Of a stretch of DNA of 64,000 bases, positions 50,620-57,957 are shown piece after piece. Each line of letters opens with the position of its first letter. The first letter of the stretch is position 1. The DNA is taken from the NCBI GenBank assembly GCA_963663895.2, contig CAXXRD010000002.1, positions 608,001-672,000 of the forward strand, written 5' to 3'. Under the pieces are notes generated by a model that saw nothing but the letters and a program-made list of their open reading frames with translations, did not search any database and was not told the origin of the DNA. A program made the translations under genes and the position numbers. This DNA is from Dehalococcoidia bacterium. GTDB taxonomy: Bacteria > Chloroflexota > Dehalococcoidia > Bin125.

Positions 50620-51552
50620 ATGGCCGGTGGACCGGGGCGATCGGAGCGGGAAGGGCTGACGCTGGCGGAGCTGTTCAAGCGGTTCCCCGACGATGCGAAG
50701 GCAGAGGCATGGTTCGTAGCAGGGCGCTGGTCAGATGGCCCGATCTGCCCGCACTGTGAGTCCGACACGATCAAGATCGGCCCGAAGCATCCGACGATGC
50801 CCTACCGCTGCCGTGCCTGCAAGAAGTACTTCAGCGTCAAGATGGGGACCGTGATGGAGGGGTCGAACCTCGGCTACCAGACGTGGGCCATTGCGATTTA
50901 CCGCATGACGACCAGTCTGCGCGGCGTCTCCAGCATGCAGCTTCACCGCGATCTGGGGATCTCCCAGAAGGCGGCTTGGCACTTGGCCCACCGCATCCGG
51001 CAGGCGTTCGGCACGCCAGCGGAACCGATGGCCGGCCCGGTCGAAGTGGATGAGACCTACATCGGCGGACTGGAAGGCAACAAGCACGAATCCAAGCGCC
51101 AGCACCGGGGCCATGATGGCAAAGTCGCGGTCATTGGCGCGAAGGACCGGGCGACCGGGAAGGTGCGAGCGGAAGTGCTCGGCAAGGCGGAAGCGCCCCG
51201 CATGCGGGAGTTCGTGCGGCGGCAGGCGGCTCCGAAAGCGTCGGTCTACTCGGACGGGCATGGAGCCTACACGTCGCTGGAAGGAGAGTTCCGCCACCGC
51301 GCGGTCCAGCATGCGGCGGGAACCTACGTCATCTTCGATACGCACACGAACGGGATCGAGGGGTTCTGGTCGCAACTCAAGCGCGGCTACCACGGAACCT
51401 ACACGCATTGGAGCGCGAAGCACACGCACCGCTACCTGGATGAGTTCACAGGCCGCTACAACGCCCGGAGCGCAGACACCGTGGACCAGATGGCGGGCAT
51501 CGCCAAGGGGATGCAGGGGAAGCGGCTCCGATACCGAGAACTCGTGGCTTAA
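50620..51552 (+). CDS. IS1595 family (ISXO2-like) DDE transposase
   Basis: Zn ribbon CPHC..CRAC, HTH SSMQLHRDLGISQKAAW, VEVDETYIGG, YSDG, TNGIEGFWSQLKR, YLDEF..RYN. Confidence 0.96.
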   Translation: MAGGPGRSEREGLTLAELFKRFPDDAKAEAWFVAGRWSDGPICPHCESDTIKIGPKHPTMPYRCRACKKYFSVKMGTVMEGSNLGYQTWAIAIYRMTTSLRGVSSMQLHRDLGISQKAAWHLAHRIRQAFGTPAEPMAGPVEVDETYIGGLEGNKHESKRQHRGHDGKVAVIGAKDRATGKVRAEVLGKAEAPRMREFVRRQAAPKASVYSDGHGAYTSLEGEFRHRAVQHAAGTYVIFDTHTNGIEGFWSQLKRGYHGTYTHWSAKHTHRYLDEFTGRYNARSADTVDQMAGIAKGMQGKRLRYRELVA

Positions 51553-52364
51553 TCTGTCGGCAGACCAGACGGTAGTTGCAGGATGCGATCGAGGTGGGGC
51601 AGCGCGTCGGGAAAGCGATCCTGGAAGTACGCGTGCGCCCGCGTTGGCAGCCAGACCTCGTGGAAGTACCGGCGAAAATCCGCCAAGTGCTCAATCGGGT
51701 AGAGTCGCGCCTGCACGGTGGGGCGTCGCCCGTCAATGAACTCGTGGTCATAGGTGGGGAACTGGTTGGGGTCGATGCCTCTTCGCCGGAGGAAATCGGA
51801 GAACATGCGGCCCGTCGAAATGTCCGGCATCATCCTGTCTGGCGGAATCACCCCCACGTCTTCCAAAGGCGCGAGCAGGTGTAGGTAAATCTCATTCAGC
51901 ATCGAGAAATGGGTGTGGGGAATCTTCGCCCGATTCTTCAAGAATCGCTGAATGTGGACGGGCATGTAAGCCCGGAAGTTGCCCGACATCCAGTCGTAGA
52001 CCCACCGGTTTACCTTGACTGCGAACTCGGGCGAGAGCCATTGGCCGAGGTGCGTAGCAACTTGGGGGTGAACCCAAGTACCCTGCAACTGTGGCTCCCC
52101 TCCTTTGATGATCTGCACGAGTTCCGATATGGGAATTCCCATATCGGCTGAAAGTTCATCAAGGTACGCCTTCGTTTGGCTGTTTCGGTGGTAGTCCGCA
52201 AATAACTTCCCTGCTTCCTGGCAGAGCCTCGTAGCGTTGATGTAACCGTCGCGCGGTCGCTGAGGAACGAGGCCGCCATTGGCCGGGTGTTCGATGATGA
52301 GGGGGAGCTGCTGAAACTCCATGGGTTTTGTGAGAGCGCGTTGTTTCTTGTTCATCTCTGGCAT
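51549..52364 (-). CDS. KilA-N domain protein with BstA-like C-terminal domain (putative anti-phage/Abi protein)
   Basis: KilA-N: DGYINATRLC, QGTWVHPQVA, QWLSPEFAVKV; C-terminus HFSMLNEI...PDISTG...YDHEF...LYP..L.DFRRYF...WLP recalls BstA; start could be 52322. Confidence 0.8.
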   Translation of the reverse strand: MPEMNKKQRALTKPMEFQQLPLIIEHPANGGLVPQRPRDGYINATRLCQEAGKLFADYHRNSQTKAYLDELSADMGIPISELVQIIKGGEPQLQGTWVHPQVATHLGQWLSPEFAVKVNRWVYDWMSGNFRAYMPVHIQRFLKNRAKIPHTHFSMLNEIYLHLLAPLEDVGVIPPDRMMPDISTGRMFSDFLRRRGIDPNQFPTYDHEFIDGRRPTVQARLYPIEHLADFRRYFHEVWLPTRAHAYFQDRFPDALPHLDRILQLPSGLPTD

Positions 52365-52522
52365 CCCTGCCCGTATGCCACGCTCTCTATACCGCAGATG
52401 CCCCGGCTGCTGTGGTCCGAACGGGGAAAAGTCACGATTTCTCGTAGACGGATTGTGTATTGAGGGGAAAATGTGCAGGTTTGGAGACGCGAGCAGAACG
52501 GGGGCAGGCTATCCGAACCCCG

Positions 52523-52618
52523 TTACTTCTTCGGCTTCCGTACGCCGCCGCCCTTCACGATCGCCTGCATCACCTGCTGGGGCGTCGCCTTGATGCGGAG
52601 GTCTTTGATCTTCGGCAT
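52523..52618 (-). CDS. 31-aa basic micropeptide MPKIKDLRIKATPQQVMQAIVKGGGVRKPKK
   Basis: ATG 52618, TAA 52523-52525, GAGAG upstream, G/C-ending codons, hairpin right after the stop; below ORF-track cutoff. Confidence 0.6.
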   Translation of the reverse strand: MPKIKDLRIKATPQQVMQAIVKGGGVRKPKK

Positions 52619-52650
52619 GGCAACTCTCAGGTTACTACCAGAGGCGCGCG

Positions 52651-53049
52651 TCAGAAACAGTCAGCACCACGGAAGCGGACCGACCCAGTGAAAGGATCGA
52701 GCCGCACAGAGCAGGTGATGACCTGGTCATCACCATCGAAGAGGAATGATTCTTCCGCGCAGCGAGATGCTGGACGATCGCAGCGCACCGCCACGACGAA
52801 CTCAAAGATATCGTCGTCTGTCTCGCGGTAGCGCCAGGTCTCTTGCTGATCAGAGCAATCGGTCTCAGGGGACGCCAGAGTAACGTCCTCCTGGACGTTT
52901 TCGAGGACAAGCCCGACAGCAGCACGGCAGCCATCAGCGGCGGTGAAGTCATCGAAGAGGACAGAGTCACCACCACCGCAGGCCAAGACTGTGACGCTAC
53001 CTAGACAGGCGATCACCCCGAGCAGCGCTACTTTAATTCGCTGAGACAT
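52651..53049 (-). CDS. Cys-rich lipoprotein of unknown function (IS cargo)
   Basis: AAGGGG RBS; signal with lipobox VLAC-GGG; six further Cys. Confidence 0.75.
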   Translation of the reverse strand: MSQRIKVALLGVIACLGSVTVLACGGGDSVLFDDFTAADGCRAAVGLVLENVQEDVTLASPETDCSDQQETWRYRETDDDIFEFVVAVRCDRPASRCAEESFLFDGDDQVITCSVRLDPFTGSVRFRGADCF

Positions 53050-53079
53050 AGGTATCCCCTTACCGCGCGAGCGGGCGGC

Positions 53080-53108
53080 ACACTACGGGATCACCTGTAG
53101 GCGGTCAA
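53080..53108 (-). promoter_or_regulatory. Putative cargo-operon promoter TTGACC-17bp-TAGTGT next to the right TIR
   Basis: Minus strand reads TTGACC gcctacaggtgatcccg TAGTGT, then AAGGGG RBS and ATG 53049. Confidence 0.55.
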
Positions 53109-53131
53109 TGCTACTATTGTCTATAACTACC

Positions 53132-53139
53132 AATCCAAG
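53132..53139. repeat. Target-site duplication AATCCAAG (right copy)
   Basis: Identical to 50552-50559. Confidence 0.95.
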
Positions 53140-53651
53140 AGCATCTCCGATGGTTCCGAAGCGGCCTCGAAGAGCGGGCAACTGCCAATCTTCATCCTTG
53201 GTACGAGCTTCAGCAGCCGCAGGAAGGAATCTACGAGGAATTCACTCTTCCCAAGATCATCTGGCCTGACATAGCTCGCGAGGCACGGTTCGCTTCCGAC
53301 ACTAGCGGAAGCTACCTCGGTAACACAGCTTACGCGATGCCCGCAGACAGGACTTGGTTGTTGTCAGTCATGAACACTGACTTGATCGAATTCATACTGT
53401 GTCAGATGACCAATTCACTACGTGGTGGCTTTATACGATTTATTTATCAATATATTATCCATACGCCTATTGTAGCTCCTGACACAGCCATCACGTACCA
53501 CCTTGAATCCATTGCCCAAGCAGGACAAGTTGGAGAGTCCGTGGATAACGACGAACTAAATAACGTCGTGTACGACCTTTATGGACTGTCCCACAGCGAT
53601 GTGACAGTCGTGAAGGATTGGTTCGAGCGGCGGAGCCTGGAGAAAGATTGA
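53140..53651 (+). pseudogene. C-terminal (TaqI-C-like target-recognition) fragment of the interrupted methyltransferase
   Basis: Removing the IS plus one TSD gives an in-frame join RYPAIQ/EHLRWF...WYELQQPQ...PKIIWPDIA...VYDLYGLS. Confidence 0.92.
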
Positions 53652-53666
53652 CGGTACGGACCGAAC

Positions 53667-56600
53667 ATGGCTACTGAAACTACCGACATCCTCCCTATAG
53701 CCAACGAGTCCACCATCGGCTCCATGCGGGAGCATCTTGCCGGCGCCCTGGCCCGCGTCGGCCCCCGAGAGATCCGCATCGCGACCGCCTACCTAACTCC
53801 CGACGGCTTCCTCGAACTGAAGAGTGGGATGCAAGAGGCCGCGAGCGTGCGACTGCTGTTGGGCGAGCGGCCCTTCCTCAACCGCCGCGGGCCCGGGGAC
53901 ATCCTCGCCCGGCCCGGCGAACAGGACGAGCTTCACGGTCCGGCGGAGTCGGTGAACTGGTACACCTTCTTGGAGGGAGGCTACCCCTGGCTGCTGCTCA
54001 CCCACGAAGAGCGGCGGGATCTGCTGCAGAGCGGCATGACGCCAGATGCCAGCGCCTTCAACCTCTTGGCCTGGGAGCGGGTCACCGCCCTGGCCAGCTT
54101 CCTGCGCAGGGACAACGTGGAGATCAGGCGTTTCCTGGGGGCCGATGCGGGCAAGGTCCTGCCGGAGGAAGTGCTCGACTACCGCTCTCCCAGGAACCGG
54201 CTCCACGCCAAGGCCTATCTTTTCTCGGGCGAGACGAAACGCTATGCCGCCGTCGGCTCCAGCAACCTGACCAAAAGCGGGCTGTCCGAGAACTCGGAGC
54301 TCAATCTCGCCTCCTACGACCGCGAACTCGTCGCCCAACTCGAAGGCTGGTTCGACGACAAGTGGGAGCAGGGGCAGGACTGCAAGGCGCAGTTCATCCA
54401 GCGTCTGGAAGAGTGCGTGCTGTTCGGCCGGCGCTACACGCCCTGGCAGGTCATGCTCAAGTCCCTGCACGCCGCCTACGGCCGCTTCCTGGAGCTGGGC
54501 CTGTCCGAGGAGGTCATGGGCAGGCTGGCCGGCTTTCAGCAGCTGGCCGTGCAGAGCTGCGTTGTCCTCCTCAAGCGCCACTGGGGAGCCATGCTGTGCG
54601 ACTCGGTCGGCCTGGGCAAGACCTATGAGGGGTTGGGGGTTCTGCGGGAGTTCGCCAACCAGCGCGGCGAGGACCCGCAGCAGGCGAGCCGCCTTACGCG
54701 CGCCCTGATCGTCTGTCCCGCACAGCTTCGGGACAATTGGAACACGGACAAGCTGGCGGATTGGGGAATCAGCGCCAGCACCGTCACCATGGAATCACTG
54801 CCCAGCCTGACGGACATCGAGAGCGAGCCCGCGCCGCTTCAACGGCAGCGGCTCCGAACCACGCTGAAACGCTACCAGCATCAATACGACATCATCCTGG
54901 TCGACGAATCCCACAACTTCCGCAATCCCCGTACCAAGCGCTACCGCGCGCTCATGGAGATCATCCGCGGCGGCAAGCCCGATAAGCGTGTGCTCCTAAT
55001 GACCGCCACGCCGATCAACAACTCGATCTGGGACCTCTACCACCAGCTCATGCTCATCACCAGAGGCGACGACACCTGGTACGCGGGGCGCGGGCCGGTA
55101 CCCAACCTGAAAACGGCCTTCCAGGCCATTGAGCAGGGCGAGTCCGGCGCCGGCCTGCTGGACGCGATGATGCTTTCCTTGGTGCGCCGAACCCGCCACG
55201 ACATCCGCGCAATGCAGGAGGCGGGGGAGGAGATGGAGGTCGACGGCCAACCGCTGCGCTTCCCGGAGCATGAGATACCGAAGGCGGTGGACTACAGCCT
55301 GCAGGGACTGTACGGCAACATCTACCTCGACATCATCGACGCCATCGAGCATCTCAAATTCGCGGTCTATCGCCTTGACGAGTACGGAGTAGCGACCGGA
55401 GAAGGGGAGACGAGCGCGCGGCTGAGACAGCGCAACGCCAACTTCGTCGGCATCATGCGCACCATCCTGCTAAAGCGCATGGAAAGCTCCCTGGCGGCGA
55501 TCACCTCCACGGTGCAGAGCTTGGTGGACTACCTCAACCTGTTCCTGTCCCGGCTGGAGCAGGGCTACGTGCTCACCCCCAAGCAGGCCTACAAGCTGCG
55601 CGCCGTCTTGGGAGGTTCGCTGCCGGACCACGACCAGGATCTGGATGATCTGGACTTCGGGTCTGTGGCGGCGCTGCGGCAACAGATCGAAGCGCCGGAA
55701 GATCCAGACCGCAAGGCCAACTTGCAAGCGGACGTGGAGTCAGACCGCGACCGGCTCCAAATGCTTCTCACCCGGCTCAAGTGGCTGGAAAAGATGCTGG
55801 CCGAGCAAGGCGACCCCAAGGCCCAGGCCGTACGCCAACTGCTCGAAACGCTCCCCAAAGAGGACGCCCGTGGAAACCCCACCAAGGTGGCCTTGTTCAC
55901 CACCTACAAGGACACCGCCCAGCACCTGTTCCGGCTGCTCGGAGGAGACACGGAAACCCTGGAAGAAGACTACCGCGTGCTCAGCAACCTGAAGGACGAA
56001 CGCTGGATGTCGCTGCTTACGGGCGACGACAACCAGAATCGCAGACGCGCCATTTTGGAGCGCTTCGCGCCCCTCGCAACGCACCGCGAGACCGAACCGC
56101 TGGATGATCCGGCCTTGCTGAAAAAGATCGAGCCGTTGCGGGCCCAGAGCATCGAACTGCTGATAGCGACAGACGTGCTCTCGGAAGGCCAGAATCTCCA
56201 GGACGCCCAGTTCCTCATCAACTACGACCTGCCCTGGAATCCAGTGCGCCTGATCCAGCGCGCCGGGCGTATCGACCGCCTGCTTTCCCCTCACGACAAG
56301 GTGTACATCTACAACCTGATGCCCGAAGACGGCTTGGAAGACTTACTTAGCCTCGTCCAGAACCTCTCGAAGAAGATCGAAGCGATAGATGATGCGGTGG
56401 CGCTGGACGCTTCGGTACTCGGCGAACAGATAGAGGCGCGGGAACTGGACAAAATCATGAAGCTGCGCGCCGGCGGCGCCCAAGCCGAACAGGTCTACCG
56501 CGAGGAAGAGCGGGACCAGGGGCTGGACGAAGGTACGGAGTTGCTCAACAAGTACTTCGATCTAATGAAGGAATTCGCCACCGAGGACATCCGCGACATC

Positions 56601-57251
56601 CCCAACGGCGTCTACAGCGTGAAAAGTGGGGAGGCAACCGGCGTGTACGTCATGCTGAAGATGCCCGAGGAAGCATCCGGCGAAGTGTTCTGGAGATTCT
56701 ATCCTTCGGGCAACGTGGCCCAGCCGGTCACGTCACCCAACGATGTGCTCTCAATCGTGGAGGCCAGTAGAAAAGAGAATCGGTACAAAATCCCTGAGGA
56801 CGAAAATCCCTTCAAGTACCTAAAGGACCCGCTACAAGCCGCAGTGGACCAGATCGGCAGCGCGTACTTGGACGCCATCGCTGCGGTGACGCCTGACAAC
56901 TTCACCAGAAAGATTAGGCAGTTCCTCAATCGCGACGACTTGTTGGAGTCGGACCGGGAATTGTTTGATTTCTTCAGCGGGTGGGTGGAGCTGCCCCTGC
57001 CCTCGGATGCGATCAAGCGCGTGGGGATGCAGGACCCGGTAAGGATCGTGAACCAGCTCGCGCCTAACCGCGCGCCGCTCGACCAAGTGATCCCGGCCCT
57101 GACTGCGCTCAGGGAAGCCATCCAAGCCGAGGGGCTCGACCGTCCGCTCACACGGCCGGACACGAAACAGCCATCGGCCGAGGACTTGGAGTTGGTGGCG
57201 TGGGAACTCATAGTCGGTCCGGAAGGGCTCTCACAACCTACTAACAAGTAG
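53667..57251 (+). CDS. PLD-nuclease / SNF2-like helicase fusion (RM-associated, DrmD-like)
   Basis: LHAKAY + GSSNLT + NSELN PLD motifs; DSVGLGKT, DESH, TATP, SEGQNLQ, QRAGRIDR helicase motifs. Confidence 0.9.
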   Translation: MATETTDILPIANESTIGSMREHLAGALARVGPREIRIATAYLTPDGFLELKSGMQEAASVRLLLGERPFLNRRGPGDILARPGEQDELHGPAESVNWYTFLEGGYPWLLLTHEERRDLLQSGMTPDASAFNLLAWERVTALASFLRRDNVEIRRFLGADAGKVLPEEVLDYRSPRNRLHAKAYLFSGETKRYAAVGSSNLTKSGLSENSELNLASYDRELVAQLEGWFDDKWEQGQDCKAQFIQRLEECVLFGRRYTPWQVMLKSLHAAYGRFLELGLSEEVMGRLAGFQQLAVQSCVVLLKRHWGAMLCDSVGLGKTYEGLGVLREFANQRGEDPQQASRLTRALIVCPAQLRDNWNTDKLADWGISASTVTMESLPSLTDIESEPAPLQRQRLRTTLKRYQHQYDIILVDESHNFRNPRTKRYRALMEIIRGGKPDKRVLLMTATPINNSIWDLYHQLMLITRGDDTWYAGRGPVPNLKTAFQAIEQGESGAGLLDAMMLSLVRRTRHDIRAMQEAGEEMEVDGQPLRFPEHEIPKAVDYSLQGLYGNIYLDIIDAIEHLKFAVYRLDEYGVATGEGETSARLRQRNANFVGIMRTILLKRMESSLAAITSTVQSLVDYLNLFLSRLEQGYVLTPKQAYKLRAVLGGSLPDHDQDLDDLDFGSVAALRQQIEAPEDPDRKANLQADVESDRDRLQMLLTRLKWLEKMLAEQGDPKAQAVRQLLETLPKEDARGNPTKVALFTTYKDTAQHLFRLLGGDTETLEEDYRVLSNLKDERWMSLLTGDDNQNRRRAILERFAPLATHRETEPLDDPALLKKIEPLRAQSIELLIATDVLSEGQNLQDAQFLINYDLPWNPVRLIQRAGRIDRLLSPHDKVYIYNLMPEDGLEDLLSLVQNLSKKIEAIDDAVALDASVLGEQIEARELDKIMKLRAGGAQAEQVYREEERDQGLDEGTELLNKYFDLMKEFATEDIRDIPNGVYSVKSGEATGVYVMLKMPEEASGEVFWRFYPSGNVAQPVTSPNDVLSIVEASRKENRYKIPEDENPFKYLKDPLQAAVDQIGSAYLDAIAAVTPDNFTRKIRQFLNRDDLLESDRELFDFFSGWVELPLPSDAIKRVGMQDPVRIVNQLAPNRAPLDQVIPALTALREAIQAEGLDRPLTRPDTKQPSAEDLELVAWELIVGPEGLSQPTNK

Positions 57252-57285
57252 GGGCTCTTCCATGAGGCTGCCGCACAGCAAAGAG

Positions 57286-57383
57286 TGGCGGGAGCGCATG
57301 GGAGTCGAACCCACCCAGGACGACGCGGGCCGCCCCGCAACGGTTTTGAAGACCGCGAGGGCCACCGGGCCCCCTCCGCTCCC
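57286..57383 (-). tRNA. selC: tRNA-Sec (anticodon UCA)
   Basis: GGGAGCG...GCGGT-CTTCAAA-ACCGT anticodon arm, 6-7 bp D stem, long variable arm, GTGGG-TTCGACT-CCCAT T arm, G discriminator + CCA; 98 nt. Confidence 0.93.
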
Positions 57384-57509
57384 GTGAGGCGACAGTATCG
57401 CACGCGGCGATCGCGCTGAGGAGCGAAAAGCGCCGAGAAGGACCGGCGCAGCACAGCGCCGCGCGCTGCTGGGGCAAGAGTCTCAGCGGGGCCTCAGCCC
57501 CGGCATGAG

Positions 57510-57836
57510 TTAGACGAGGGCGTCGTCCAGCCGCTTCTTGAGGTCGCCCTTGGGGCGGAAGCCGACGATCTGGCCGACCTGCTCGCCGCCCTTGAAGACG
57601 AGGAGCGTGGGGATGCTGCGGATGCCGAACTGGGTGGCGACGCGGGGGTTCTCGTCGGTGTTGAGCTTGTAGAAGGCGACTTGGCCGTCGTACTCCTCCG
57701 CCAGCTCCTCCACCACGGGCGCCACCATGCGGCAGGGGCCGCACCAGGGCGCCCAGAAGTCCACGAGCGATGGCTTCTCGTTCTCCAGCACTTCCTGCTG
57801 AAAGGTGTCGTCGGTGATCTCCGTCGGCTTGGGCAA
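57510..57836 (-). CDS. trxA: Thioredoxin
   Basis: [15 protein letters not shown]. Confidence 0.96.
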   Translation of the reverse strand: MPKPTEITDDTFQQEVLENEKPSLVDFWAPWCGPCRMVAPVVEELAEEYDGQVAFYKLNTDENPRVATQFGIRSIPTLLVFKGGEQVGQIVGFRPKGDLKKRLDDALV

Positions 57837-57957
57837 GGCGCACCCCTCTCTCCGAAATGGCCTGTGTACGTCTCGCTCTCTGTCCCTCAGTCTAGGCAGG
57901 CCGGCGCGATCCGTCTGTCGCCTCCGACCGCCCGCCGCCGGCGCCCTGTAGCGCCGG

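Larger units (their letters stand above)
50560..53131. mobile_element. IS1595-family transposon with cargo genes (2572 bp)
   Basis: Perfect 23-bp TIRs GGTAGTTATAGACAATAGTAGCA (50560-50582) / TGCTACTATTGTCTATAACTACC (53109-53131), 8-bp TSD, IS1595 transposase. Confidence 0.95.
47619..57251. mobile_element. Putative defence island (MTase + PLD-SNF2 helicase) abutting the 3' end of tRNA-Sec; no integrase or att repeat seen
   Basis: Non-housekeeping gene content, lower-GC stretches, ends 34 nt from the selC CCA. Confidence 0.65.

Noticed and set aside
51549-52364. Prophage remnant suggested by the KilA-N domain
   Set aside because: The gene lies between the IS TIRs, and no phage structural, integrase or replication genes are nearby.
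53337-53651. Stand-alone 104-aa gene in the ORF track
   Set aside because: It is the in-frame C-terminal remainder of the IS-interrupted methyltransferase.
47619-57251. Calling the island DISARM or BREX
   Set aside because: No drmA/drmB/drmC, pglZ, brxC or brxL homologues are visible; only the MTase and PLD-helicase are present.
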